Source: the human T2T-CHM13v2.0 reference genome, Homo sapiens. Taken from it: a stretch of 64,000 nt of DNA. The position numbers and the translations under genes were made by a program. Positions within the stretch are counted from its first letter, which is position 1. Each line of letters opens with the position of its first letter. The notes beneath the pieces were generated by a model, which searched no databases, had not been told where the DNA came from, and worked only from the letters and a program-made list of their open reading frames with translations. This document shows, piece by piece, positions 11,384 to 25,500 of the stretch. Where the stretch lies: the NCBI RefSeq assembly GCF_009914755.1, contig NC_060932.1. The stretch is one strand, 5' to 3'.

Positions 11384-14300
11384 AATATCTTCCCATGAAT
11401 GCGAGATAGAAGTAATCTCAGAAACATGTTTATGCTGTATCTACTCAACTAACTGTGCTGAACATTTCTATTGATAGAGCAGTTTTGAGACACTCTTCTT
11501 TTGGAATCTGCAAGTGGATATTTGGATAGATTTGAGGATTTCGTTGGAAACGGGGTTATATATAAAAAGTAGACAGCAGCATTCTCAGAAACTTCTTTGT
11601 GATGTTTGCATCCAGCTCTCAGAGTTGAACATTCCCTTTCATAGAGTAGGTTTGAAACCCTCTTTTTATAGTGTCTGGAAGCGGGCATTTGGAGCGCTTT
11701 CAGGCCTATGCTTAAAATAGGAAATATCTACCTACAGAAACTAGACAGAAGCATTCTGAGAATCACGTTTGTGATGTGGGTACTCAACTAACAGTGTTGA
11801 TCCATTCTTTTGATACAGCAGTTTTGAACCACACTTTTTGTAGAATCTGCAAGAGGATATTTGGATAGCTGTGAGGATTTCGTTGGAAACGGGAATGTCT
11901 TCAAAGAAAATCTAGACAGAAGCATTCTCAGAAACACCTTCGTGATGTTTGCAATCAAGTCACAGAGTTGAACCTTCCGTTTCATAGAGCAGGTTGGAAA
12001 CACTCTTATTGTAGTATCTGGAAGTGGACATTTGGAGCGCTTTCAGGCCTATGGTGAAAAAGGAAATATCTTCCCATAAAAACGACATAGAAGCTATCTC
12101 AGGAACTTGTTTATGATGCATCTAATCAACTAACAGTGTTGAACCTTTGTACTGACAGAGCAGTTTGAAACACTCTTTTTTTGGAATCTGCAAGTGGATA
12201 TTTGGATCGCTTTGAGGATTTCGTTGGAAACGGGATGCAATATAAAACGTACACAGCAGCATACTCAGAAAATACTTTGCCATATTTCCATTCAAGTCAC
12301 AGAGTGGAACATTCCCATTCATAGAGCAGGTTTGAAACACTCTTTTTGGAGTATCTGGAAGTGGACATTTGGAGCGCTTTCTGAACTATGGTGAAAAAGG
12401 AAATATCTTCCAATGAAAACAAGACAGAAGCATTCTGAGAAACTTATTTGTGATGTGTGTCCTCAACAAACGGACTTGAACCTTTCGTTTCATGCAGTAC
12501 TTCTGGAACACTCTTTTTGAAGATTCTGCATGCGGATATTTGGATTGCTTTGAGGATTTCGTTGGAAACGGGCTTACATGTAAAAATTAGACAGCAGCAT
12601 TCTCAGAAACTTCTTTGTGGTGTCTGCATTCAAGTCACAGAATTGAACTTCCCCTCACATAGAGCAGTTGTGCAGCACTCTATTTGTAGTATCTGGAAGT
12701 GGACATTTGGAGGGCTTTGTAGCCTATCTGGAAAAAGGAAATATCTTCCCATGAATGCGAGATAGAAGTAATCTCAGAAACATGTTTATGCTGTATCTAC
12801 TCAACTAACTGTGCTGAACATTTCTATTGATAGAGCAGTTTTGAGACACTCTTCTTTTGGAATCTGCAAGTGGATATTTGGATAGATTTGAGGATTTCGT
12901 TGGAAACGGGATTATATATAAAAAGTAGACAGCAGCATTCTCAGAAACTTCTTTGTGATGTTTGCATCCAGCTCTCAGAGTTGAACATTCCCTTTCATAG
13001 AGTAGGTTTGAAACCCTCTTTTTATAGTGTCTGGAAGCGGGCATTTGGAGCGCTTTCAGGCCTATGCTTAAAATAGGAAATATCTACCTACAGAAACTAG
13101 ACAGAAGCATTCTGAGAATCACGTTTGTGATGTGGGTACTCAACTAACAGTGTTGATCCATTCTTTTGATACAGCAGTTTTGAACCACACTTTTTGTAGA
13201 ATCTGCAAGAGGATATTTGGATAGCTGTGAGGATTTCGTTGGAAACGGGAATGTCTTCAAAGAAAATCTAGACAGAAGCATTCTCAGAAACACCTTCGTG
13301 ATGTTTGCAATCAAGTCACAGAGTTGAACCTTCCGTTTCATAGAGCAGGTTGGAAACACTCTTATTGTAGTATCTGGAAGTGGACATTTGGAGCGCTTTC
13401 AGGCCTATGGTGAAAAAGGAAATATCTTCCCATAAAAACGACATAGAAGCTATCTCAGGAACTTGTTTATGATGCATCTAATCAACTAACAGTGTTGAAC
13501 CTTTGTACTGACAGAGCAGTTTGAAACACTCTTTTTTTGGAATCTGCAAGTGGATATTTGGATCGCTTTGAGGATTTCGTTGGAAACGGGATGCAATATA
13601 AAACGTACACAGCAGCATACTCAGAAAATACTTTGCCATATTTCCATTCAAGTCACAGAGTGGAACATTCCCATTCATAGAGCAGGTTTGAAACACTCTT
13701 TTTGGAGTATCTGGAAGTGGACATTTGGAGCGCTTTCTGAACTATGGTGAAAAAGGAAATATCTTCCAATGAAAACAACACAGAAGCATTCTGAGAAACT
13801 TATTTGTGATGTGTGTCCTCAACAAACGGACTTGAACCTTTCGTTTCATGCAGTACTTCTGGAACACTCTTTTTGAAGATTCTGCATTCGGATATTTGGA
13901 TAGCTTTGAGGATTTCGTTGGAAACGGGCTTACATGTAAAAATTAGACAGCAGCATTCTCAGAAACTTCTTTGTGGTGTCTGCATTCAAGTCACAGAATT
14001 GAACTTCCCCTCACATAGAGCAGTTGTGCAGCACTCTATTTGTAGTATCTCGAAGTGGACATTTGGAGGGCTTTGTAGCCTATCTGGAAAAAGGAAATAT
14101 CTTCCCATGAATGCGAGATAGAAGTAATCTCAGAAACATGTTTATGCTGTATCTACTCAACTAACTGTGCTGAACATTTCTATTGATAGAGCAGTTTTGA
14201 GACACTCTTCTTTTGGAATCTGCAAGTGGATATTTGGATAGATTTGAGGATTTCGTTGGAAACGGGATTATATATAAAAAGTAGACAGCAGCATTCTCAG

Positions 14301-17300
14301 AAACTTCTTTGTGATGTTTGCATCCAGCTCTCAGAGTTGAACATTCCCTTTCATAGAGTAGGTTTGAAACCCTCTTTTTATAGTGTCTGGAAGCGGGCAT
14401 TTGGAGCGCTTTCAGGCCTATGCTTAAAATAGGAAATATCTACCTACAGAAACTAGACAGAAGCATTCTGAGAATCACGTTTGTGATGTGGGTACTCAAC
14501 TAACAGTGTTGATCCATTCTTTTGATACAGCAGTTTTGAACCACACTTTTTGTAGAATCTGCAAGAGGATATTTGGATAGCTGTGAGGATTTCGTTGGAA
14601 ACGGGAATGTCTTCAAAGAAAATCTAGACAGAAGCATTCTCAGAAACACCTTCGTGATGTTTGCAATCAAGTCACAGAGTTGAACCTTCCGTTTCATAGA
14701 GCAGGTTGGAAACACTCTTATTGTAGTATCTGGAAGTGGACATTTGGAGCGCTTTCAGGCCTATGGTGAAAAAGGAAATATCTTCCCATAAAAACGACAT
14801 AGAAGCTATCTCAGGAACTTGTTTATGATGCATCTAATCAACTAACAGTGTTGAACCTTTGTACTGACAGAGCAGTTTGAAACACTCTTTTTTTGGAATC
14901 TGAAAGTGGATATTTGGATCGCTTTGAGGATTTCGTTGGAAACGGGATGCAATATAAAACGTACACAGCAGCATACTCAGAAAATACTTTGCCATATTTC
15001 CATTCAAGTCACAGAGTGGAACATTCCCATTCATAGAGCAGGTTTGAAACACTCTTTTTGGAGTATCTGGAAGTGGACATTTGGAGCGCTTTCTGAACTA
15101 TGGTGAAAAAGGAAATATCTTCCAATGAAAACAAGACAGAAGCATTGTGAGAAACTTATTTGTGATGTGTGTCCTCAACAAACGGACTTGAACCTTTCGT
15201 TTCATGCAGTACTTCTGGAACACTCTTTTTGAAGATTCTGCATGCGGATATTTGGATAGCTTTGAGGATTTCGTTGGAAACGGGCTTACATGTAAAAATT
15301 AGACAGCAGCATTCTCAGAAACTTCTTTGTGGTGTCTGCATCCAAGTCACAGAATTGAACTTCCCCTCACATAGAGCAGTTGTGCAGCACTCTATTTGTA
15401 GTATCTGGAAGTGGACATTTGGAGGGCTTTGTAGCCTATCTGGAAAAAGGAAATATCTTCCCATGAATGCGAGATAGAAGTAATCTCAGAAACATGTTTA
15501 TGCTGTATCTACTCAACTAACTGTGCTGAACATTTCTATTGATAGAGCAGTTTTGAGACACTCTTCTTTTGGAATCTGCAAGTGGATATTTGGATAGATT
15601 TGAGGATTTCGTTGGAAACGGGATTATATATAAAAAGTAGACAGCAGCATTCTCAGAAACTTCTTTGTGATGTTTGCATCCAGCTCTCAGAGTTGAACAT
15701 TCCCTTTCATAGAGTAGGTTTGAAACCCTCTTTTTATAGTGTCTGGAAGCGGGCATTTGGAGCGCTTTCAGGCCTATGCTTAAAATAGGAAATATCTACC
15801 TACAGAAACTAGACAGAAGCATTCTGAGAATCACGTTTGTGATGTGGGTACTCAACTAACAGTGTTGATCCATTCTTTTGATACAGCAGTTTTGAACCAC
15901 ACTTTCTGTAGAATCTGCAAGAGGATATTTGGATAGCTGTGAGGATTTCGTTGGAAACGGGAATGTCTTCAAAGAAAATCTAGACAGAAGCATTCTCAGA
16001 AACACCTTCGTGATGTTTGCAATCAAGTCACAGAGTTGAACCTTCCGTTTCATAGAGCAGGTTGGAAACACTCTTATTGTAGTATCTGGAAGTGGACATT
16101 TGGAGCGCTTTCAGGCCTATGGTGAAAAAGGAAATATCTTCCCATAAAAACGACATAGAAGCTATCTCAGGAACTTGTTTATGATGCATCTAATCAACTA
16201 ACAGTGTTGAACCTTTGTACTGACAGAGCAGTTTGAAACACTCTTTTTTTGGAATCTGCAAGTGGATATTTGGATCGCTTTGAGGATTTCGTTGGAAACG
16301 GGATGCAATATAAAACGTACACAGCAGCATACTCAGAAAATACTTTGCCATATTTCCATTCAAGTCACAGAGTGGAACATTCCCATTCATAGAGCAGGTT
16401 TGAAACACTCTTTTTGGAGTATCTGGAAGTGGACATTTGGAGCGCTTTCTGAACTATGGTGAAAAAGGAAATATCTTCCAATGAAAACAAGACAGAAGCA
16501 TTCTGAGAAACTTATTTGTGATGTGTGTCCTCAACAAACGGACTTGAACCTTTCGTTTCATGCAGTACTTCTGGAACACTCTTTTTGAAGATTCTGCATT
16601 CGGATATTTGGATAGCTTTGAGGATTTCGTTGGAAACGGGCTTACATGTAAAAATTAGACAGCAGCATTCTCAGAAACTTCTTTGTGGTGTCTGCATTCA
16701 AGTCACAGAATTGAACTTCCCCTCACATAGAGCAGTTGTGCAGCACTCTATTTGTAGTATCTCGAAGTGGACATTTGGAGGGCTTTGTAGCCTATCTGGA
16801 AAAAGGAAATATCTTCCCATGAATGCGAGATAGAAGTAATCTCAGAAACATGTTTATGCTGTATCTACTCAACTAACTGTGCTGAACATTTCTATTGATA
16901 GAGCAGTTTTGAGACACTCTTCTTTTGGAATCTGCAAGTGGATATTTGGATAGATTTGAGGATTTCGTTGGAAACGGGATTATATATAAAAAGTAGACAG
17001 CAGCATTCTCAGAAACTTCTTTGTGATGTTTGCATCCAGCTCTCAGAGTTGAACATTCCCTTTCATAGAGTAGGTTTGAAACCCTCTTTTTATAGTGTCT
17101 GGAAGCGGGCATTTGGAGCGCTTTCAGGCCTATGCTTAAAATAGGAAATATCTACCTACAGAAACTAGACAGAAGCATTCTGAGAATCACGTTTGTGATG
17201 TGGGTACTCAACTAACAGTGTTGATCCATTCTTTTGATACAGCAGTTTTGAACCACACTTTTTGTAGAATCTGCAAGAGGATATTTGGATAGCTGTGAGG

Positions 17301-19519
17301 ATTTCGTTGGAAACGGGAATGTCTTCAAAGAAAATCTAGACAGAAGCATTCTCAGAAACACCTTCGTGATGTTTGCAATCAAGTCACAGAGTTGAACCTT
17401 CCGTTTCATAGAGCAGGTTGGAAACACTCTTATTGTAGTATCTGGAAGTGGACATTTGGAGCGCTTTCAGGCCTATGGTGAAAAAGGAAATATCTTCCCA
17501 TAAAAACGACATAGAAGCTATCTCAGGAACTTGTTTATGATGCATCTAATCAACTAACAGTGTTGAACCTTTGTACTGACAGAGCAGTTTGAAACACTCT
17601 TTTTTTGGAATCTGCAAGTGGATATTTGGATCGCTTTGAGGATTTCGTTGGAAACGGGATGCAATATAAAACGTACACAGCAGCATACTCAGAAAATACT
17701 TTGCCATATTTCCATTCAAGTCACAGAGTGGAACATTCCCATTCATAGAGCAGGTTTGAAACACTCTTTTTGGAGTATCTGGAAGTGGACATTTGGAGCG
17801 CTTTCTGAACTATGGTGAAAAAGGAAATATCTTCCAATGAAAACAAGACAGAAGCATTCTGAGAAACTTATTTGTGATGTGTGTCCTCAACAAACGGACT
17901 TGAACCTTTCGTTTCATGCAGTACTTCTGGAACACTCTTTTTGAAGATTCTGCATGCGGATATTTGGATAGCTTTGAGGATTTCGTTGGAAACGGGCTTA
18001 CATGTAAAAATTAGACAGCAGCATTCTCAGAAACTTCTTTGTGGTGTCTGCATTCAAGTCACAGAATTGAACTTCCCCTCACATAGAGCAGTTGTGCAGC
18101 ACTCTATTTGTAGTATCTGGAAGTGGACATTTGGAGGGCTTTGTAGCCTATCTGGAAAAAGGAAATATCTTCCCATGAATGCGAGATAGAAGTAATCTCA
18201 GAAACATGTTTATGCTGTATCTACTCAACTAACTGTGCTGAACATTTCTATTGATAGAGCAGTTTTGAGACACTCTTCTTTTGGAATCTGCAAGTGGATA
18301 TTTGGATAGATTTGAGGATTTCGTTGGAAACGGGATTATATATAAAAAGTAGACAGCAGCATTCTCAGAAACTTCTTTGTGATGTTTGCATCCAGCTCTC
18401 AGAGTTGAACATTCCCTTTCATAGAGTAGGTTTGAAACCCTCTTTTTATAGTGTCTGGAAGCGGGCATTTGGAGCGCTTTCAGGCCTATGCTTAAAATAG
18501 GAAATATCTACCTACAGAAACTAGACAGAAGCATTCTGAGAATCACGTTTGTGATGTGGGTACTCAACTAACAGTGTTGATCCATTCTTTTGATACAGCA
18601 GTTTTGAACCACACTTTTTGTAGAATCTGCAAGAGGATATTTGGATAGCTGTGAGGATTTCGTTGGAAACGGGAATGTCTTCAAAGAAAATCTAGACAGA
18701 AGCATTCTCAGAAACACCTTCGTGATGTTTGCAATCAAGTCACAGAGTTGAACCTTCCGTTTCATAGAGCAGGTTGGAAACACTCTTATTGTAGTATCTG
18801 GAAGTGGACATTTGGAGCGCTTTCAGGCCTATGGTGAAAAAGGAAATATCTTCCCATAAAAACGACATAGAAGCTATCTCAGGAACTTGTTTATGATGCA
18901 TCTAATCAACTAACAGTGTTGAACCTTTGTACTGACAGAGCAGTTTGAAACACTCTTTTTTTGGAATCTGCAAGTGGATATTTGGATCGCTTTGAGGATT
19001 TCGTTGGAAACGGGATGCAATATAAAACGTACACAGCAGCATACTCAGAAAATACTTTGCCATATTTCCATTCAAGTCACAGAGTGGAACATTCCCATTC
19101 ATAGAGCAGGTTTGAAACACTCTTTTTGGAGTATCTGGAAGTGGACATTTGGAGCGCTTTCTGAACTATGGTGAAAAAGGAAATATCTTCCAATGAAAAC
19201 AAGACAGAAGCATTCTGAGAAACTTATTTGTGATGTGTGTCCTCAACAAACGGACTTGAACCTTTCGTTTCATGCAGTACTTCTGGAACACTCTTTTTGA
19301 AGATTCTGCATGCGGATATTTGGATAGCTTTGAGGATTTCGTTGGAAACGGGCTTACATGTAAAAATTAGACAGCAGCATTCTCAGAAACTTCTTTGTGG
19401 TGTCTGCATTCAAGTCACAGAATTGAACTTCCCCTCACATAGAGCAGTTGTGCAGCACTCTATTTGTAGTATCTCGAAGTGGACATTTGGAGGGCTTTGT
19501 AGCCTATCTGGAAAAAGGA
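11384..19519 (+). repeat. Run of six consecutive 8-mer HORs (8136 bp)
   Basis: The marker recurs at 11514, 12870, 14226, 15582, 16938, 18294, 19650, each 1356 bp apart. Confidence 0.95.
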
Positions 19520-22500
19520 AATATCTTCCCATGAATGCGAGATAGAAGTAATCTCAGAAACATGTTTATGCTGTATCTACTCAACTAACTGTGCTGAACA
19601 TTTCTATTGATAGAGCAGTTTTGAGACACTCTTCTTTTGGAATCTGCAAGTGGATATTTGGATAGATTTGAGGATTTCGTTGGAAACGGGATTATATATC
19701 AAAAGTAGACAGCAGCATTCTCAGAAACTTCTTTGTGATGTTTGCATCCAGCTCTCAGAGTTGAACATTCCCTTTCATAGAGTAGGTTTGAAACCCTCTT
19801 TTTATAGTGTCTGGAAGCGGGCATTTGGAGCGCTTTCAGGCCTATGCTGAAAAAGGAAATATCTACCTATAGAAACTAGACAGAAGCATTCTGAGAATCA
19901 CGTTTGTGATGTGGGTACTCAACTAACAGTGTTGATCCATTCTTTTGATACAGCAGTTTTGAACCACACTTTTTGTAGAATCTGCAAGTGGATATTTGGA
20001 TAGCTGTGAGGATTTCGTTGGAAACGGGAATGTCTTCATAGAAAATTTAGACAGAAGCATTCTCAGAACCTTGATTGTGATGTGTGTTCTCCACTAACAG
20101 AGTTGAACCTTTCTTTTGACAGAACTGTTCTGAAACATTCTTTTTATAGAATCTGGAAGTGGATATTTGGAAAGCTTTGAGGATTTCGTTGGAAACGGGA
20201 ATATCTTCAAATAAAATCTAGCCAGAAGCATTCTAAGAAACATCTTAGGGATGTTTACATTCAAGTCACAGAGTTGAACATTCCCTTTCACAGAGCAGGT
20301 TTGAAACAATCTTCTCGTACTATCTGGCAGTGGACATTTTGAGCTCCCTGGGGCCTATGCTGAAAAAGGAAATATCTTCCGACAAAAACTAGACAGAAGC
20401 ATTCGCAGAATCACGTTTGTGATGTGTGCACTCAACTGTCAGAATTGAACCTTGGTTTGGACAGAGCACTTTTGAAACACTCTTTTTGTAGAATCTGCAG
20501 GTGGATATTTGGCTAGCTTTGAGGATTTCGTTGGAAACGGTAATGTCTTCAAAGAAAATCTAGACAGAAGCATTCTCAGAAACACCTTCGTGATGTTTGC
20601 AATCAAGTCACAGAGTTGAACCTTCCGTTTCATAGAGCAGGTTGGAAACACTCTTTTTGTAGTATCTGGAAGTGGACATTTGGAGCGCTTTCAGGCCTAT
20701 GGTGAAAAAGGAAATATCTTCCCATAAAAACGACATAGAAGCTATCTCAGGAACTTGTTTATGATGCATCTAATCAACTAACAGTGTTGAACCTTTGTAC
20801 TGACAGAGCAGTTTGAAACACTCTTTTTTTGGAATCTGCAAGTGGATATTTGGATCGCTTTGAGGATTTCGTTGGAAACGGGATGCAATATAAAACGTAC
20901 ACAGCAGCATACTCAGAAAATACTTTGCCATATTTCCATTCAAGTCACAGAGTGGAACATTCCCATTCATAGAGCGGGTTGGAAACACTCTTTTTGGAGT
21001 ATCTGGAAGTGGACATTTGCAGCGCTTTCTGAACTATGGTGAAAAAGGAAATATCTTCCAATGAAAACAAGACAGAAGCATTCTGAGAAACTTATTTGTG
21101 ATGTGTGTCCTCAACAAACGGTCTTGAACCTTTCGTTTCATGCAGTACTTCTGGAACACTCTTTTTGAAGATTCTGCATGCGGATATTTGGATAGCTTTG
21201 AGGATTTCGTTGGAAACGGGCTTACATGTAAAAATTAGACAGCAGCATTCTCAGAAACTTCTTTGTGGTGTCTGCATTCAAGTCACAGAATTGAACTTCC
21301 CCTCACATAGAGCAGTTGTGCAGCACTCTATTTGTAGTATCTCGAAGTGGACATTTGGAGGGCTTTGTAGCCTATCTGGAAAAAGGAAATATCTTCCCAT
21401 GAATGCGAGATAGAAGTAATCTCAGAAACATGTTTATGCTGTATCTACTCAACTAACTGTGCTGAACATTTCTATTGATAGAGCAGTTTTGAGACACTCT
21501 TCTTTTGGAATCTGCAAGTGGATATTTGGATAGATTTGAGGATTTCGTTGGAAACGGGATTATATATAAAAAGTAGACAGCAGCATTCTCAGAAACTTCT
21601 TTGTGATGTTTGCATCCAGCTCTCAGAGTTGAACATTCCCTTTCATAGAGTAGGTTTGAAACCCTCTTTTTATAGTGTCTGCAAGCGGGCATTTGGAGCG
21701 CTTTCAGGCCTATGCTTAAAATAGGAAATATCTACCTACAGAAACTAGACAGAAGCATTCTGAGAATCACGTTTGTGATGTGGGTACTCAACTAACAGTG
21801 TTGATCCATTCTTTTGATACAGCAGTTTTGAACCACACTTTTTGTAGAATCTGCAAGAGGATATTTGGATAGCTGTGAGGATTTCGTTGGAAACGGGAAT
21901 GTCTTCAAAGAAAATCTAGACAGAAGCATTCTCAGAAACACCTTCGTGATGTTTGCAATCAAGTCACAGAGTTGAACCTTCCGTTTCATAGAGCAGGTTG
22001 GAAACACTCTTATTGTAGTATCTGGAAGTGGACATTTGGAGCGCTTTCAGGCCTATGGTGAAAAAGGAAATATCTTCCCATAAAAACGACATAGAAGCTA
22101 TCTCAGGAACTTGTTTATGATGCATCTAATCAACTAACAGTGTTGAACCTTTGTACTGACAGAGCAGTTTGAAACACTCTTTTTTTGGAATCTGCAAGTG
22201 GATATTTGGATCGCTTTGAGGATTTCGTTGGAAACGGGATGCAATATAAAACGTACACAGCAGCATACTCAGAAAATACTTTGCCATATTTCCATTCAAG
22301 TCACAGAGTGGAACATTCCCATTCATAGAGCAGGTTTGAAACACTCTTTTTGGAGTATCTGGAAGTGGACATTTGGAGCGCTTTCTGAACTATGGTGAAA
22401 AAGGAAATATCTTCCAATGAAAACAAGACAGAAGCATTCTGAGAAACTTATTTGTGATGTGTGTCCTCAACAAACGGACTTGAACCTTTCGTTTCATGCA

Positions 22501-25500
22501 GTACTTCTGGAACACTCTTTTTGAAGATTCTGCATGCGGATATTTGGATAGCTTTGAGGATTTCGTTGGAAACGGGCTTACATGTAAAAATTAGACAGCA
22601 GCATTCTCAGAAACTTCTTTGTGGTGTCTGCATTCAAGTCACAGAATTGAACTTCCCCTCACATAGAGCAGTTGTGCAGCACTCTATTTGTAGTATCTGG
22701 AAGTGGACATTTGGAGGGCTTTGTAGCCTATCTGGAAAAAGGAAATATCTTCCCATGAATGCGAGATAGAAGTAATCTCAGAAACATGTTTATGCTGTAT
22801 CTACTCAACTAACTGTGCTGAACATTTCTATTGATAGAGCAGTTTTGAGACACTCTTCTTTTGGAATCTGCAAGTGGATATTTGGATAGATTTGAGGATT
22901 TCGTTGGAAACGGGATTATATATAAAAAGTAGACAGCAGCATTCTCAGAAACTTCTTTGTGATGTTTGCATCCAGCTCTCAGAGTTGAACATTCCCTTTC
23001 ATAGAGTAGGTTTGAAACCCTCTTTTTATAGTGTCTGGAAGCGGGCATTTGGAGCGCTTTCAGGCCTATGCTGAAAAAGGAAATATCTACCTATAGAAAC
23101 TAGACAGAAGCATTCTGAGAATCACGTTTGTGATGTGGGTACTCAACTAACAGTGTTGATCCATTCTTTTGATACAGCAGTTTTGAACCACACTTTTTGT
23201 AGAATCTGCAAGTGGATATTTGGATAGCTGTGAGGATTTCGTTGGAAACGGGAATGTCTTCATAGAAAATTTAGACAGAAGCATTCTCAGAACCTTGATT
23301 GTGATGTGTGTTCTCCACTAACAGAGTTGAACCTTTCTTTTGACAGAACTGTTCTGAAACATTCTTTTTATAGAATCTGGAAGTGGATATTTGGAAAGCT
23401 TTGAGGATTTCGTTGGAAACGGGAATATCTTCAAATAAAATCTAGCCAGAAGCATTCTAAGAAACATCTTAGGGATGTTTACATTCAAGTCACAGAGTTG
23501 AACATTCCCTTTCACAGAGCAGGTTTGAAACAATCTTCTCGTACTATCTGGCAGTGGACATTTTGAGCTCCCTGGGGCCTATGCTGAAAAAGGAAATATC
23601 TTCCGACAAAAACTAGACAGAAGCATTCGCAGAATCACGTTTGTGATGTGTGCACTCAACTGTCAGAATTGAACCTTGGTTTGGACAGAGCACTTTTGAA
23701 ACACTCTTTTTGTAGAATCTGCAGGTGGATATTTGGCTAGCTTTGAGGATTTCGTTGGAAACGGTAATGTCTTCAAAGAAAATCTAGACAGAAGCATTCT
23801 CAGAAACACCTTCGTGATGTTTGCAATCAAGTCACAGAGTTGAACCTTCCGTTTCATAGAGCAGGTTGGAAACACTCTTTTTGTAGTATCTGGAAGTGGA
23901 CATTTGGAGCGCTTTCAGGCCTATGGTGAAAAAGGAAATATCTTCCCATAAAAACGACATAGAAGCTATCTCAGGAACTTGTTTATGATGCATCTAATCA
24001 ACTAACAGTGTTGAACCTTTGTACTGACAGAGCAGTTTGAAACACTCTTTTTTTGGAATCTGCAAGTGGATATTTGGATCGCTTTGAGGATTTCGTTGGA
24101 AACGGGATGCAATATAAAACGTACACAGCAGCATACTCAGAAAATACTTTGCCATATTTCCATTCAAGTCACAGAGCGGAACATTCCCATTCATAGAGCG
24201 GGTTGGAAACACTCTTTTTGGAGTATCTGGAAGTGGACATTTGGAGCGCTTTCTGAACTATGGTGAAAAAGGAAATATCTTCCAATGAAAACAAGACAGA
24301 AGCATTCTGAGAAACTTATTTGTGATGTGTGTCCTCAACAAACGGTCTTGAACCTTTCGTTTCATGCAGTACTTCTGGAACACTCTTTTTGAAGATTCTG
24401 CATGCGGATATTTGGATAGCTTTGAGGATTTCGTTGGAAACGGGCTTACATGTAAAAATTAGACAGCAGCATTCTCAGAAACTTCTTTGTGGTGTCTGCA
24501 TTCAAGTCACAGAATTGAACTTCCCCTCACATAGAGCAGTTGTGCAGCACTCTATTTGTAGTATCTCGAAGTGGACATTTGGAGGGCTTTGTAGCCTATC
24601 TGGAAAAAGGAAATATCTTCCCATGAATGCGAGATAGAAGTAATCTCAGAAACATGTTTATGCTGTATCTACTCAACTAACTGTGCTGAACATTTCTATT
24701 GATAGAGCAGTTTTGAGACACTCTTCTTTTGGAATCCGCAAGTGGATATTTGGAGAGATTTGAGGATTTCGTTGGAAACGGGATTATATATAAAAAGTAG
24801 ACAGCAGCATTCTCAGAAACTTCTTTGTGATGTTTGCATCCAGCTCTCAGAGTTGAACATTCCCTTTCATAGAGTAGGTTTGAAACCCTCTTTTTATAGT
24901 GTCTGCAAGCGGGCATTTGGAGCGCTTTCAGGCCTATGCTTAAAATAGGAAATATCTACCTACAGAAACTAGACAGAAGCATTCTGAGAATCACGTTTGT
25001 GATGTGGGTACTCAACTAACAGTGTTGATCCATTCTTTTGATACAGCAGTTTTGAACCACACTTTTTGTAGAATCTGCAAGAGGATATTTGGATAGCTGT
25101 GAGGATTTCGTTGGAAACGGGAATGTCTTCAAAGAAAATCTAGACAGAAGCATTCTCAGAAACACCTTCGTGATGTTTGCAATCAAGTCACAGAGTTGAA
25201 CCTTCCGTTTCATAGAGCAGGTTGGAAACACTCTTATTGTAGTATCTGGAAGTGGACATTTGAGCGCTTTCAGGCCTATGGTGAAAAAGGAAATATCTTC
25301 CCATAAAAACGACATAGAAGCTATCTCAGGAACTTGTTTATGATGCATCTAATCAACTAACAGTGTTGAACCTTTGTACTGACAGAGCAGTTTGAAACAC
25401 TCTTTTTTTGGAATCTGCAAGTGGATATTTGGATCGCTTTGAGGATTTCGTTGGAAACGGGATGCAATATAAAACGTACACAGCAGCATACTCAGAAAAT

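Noticed and set aside
11539-11556. m1 box variant ending CGGGG (A>G)
   Set aside because: It is a singleton at a non-core position, so the box is predicted intact.
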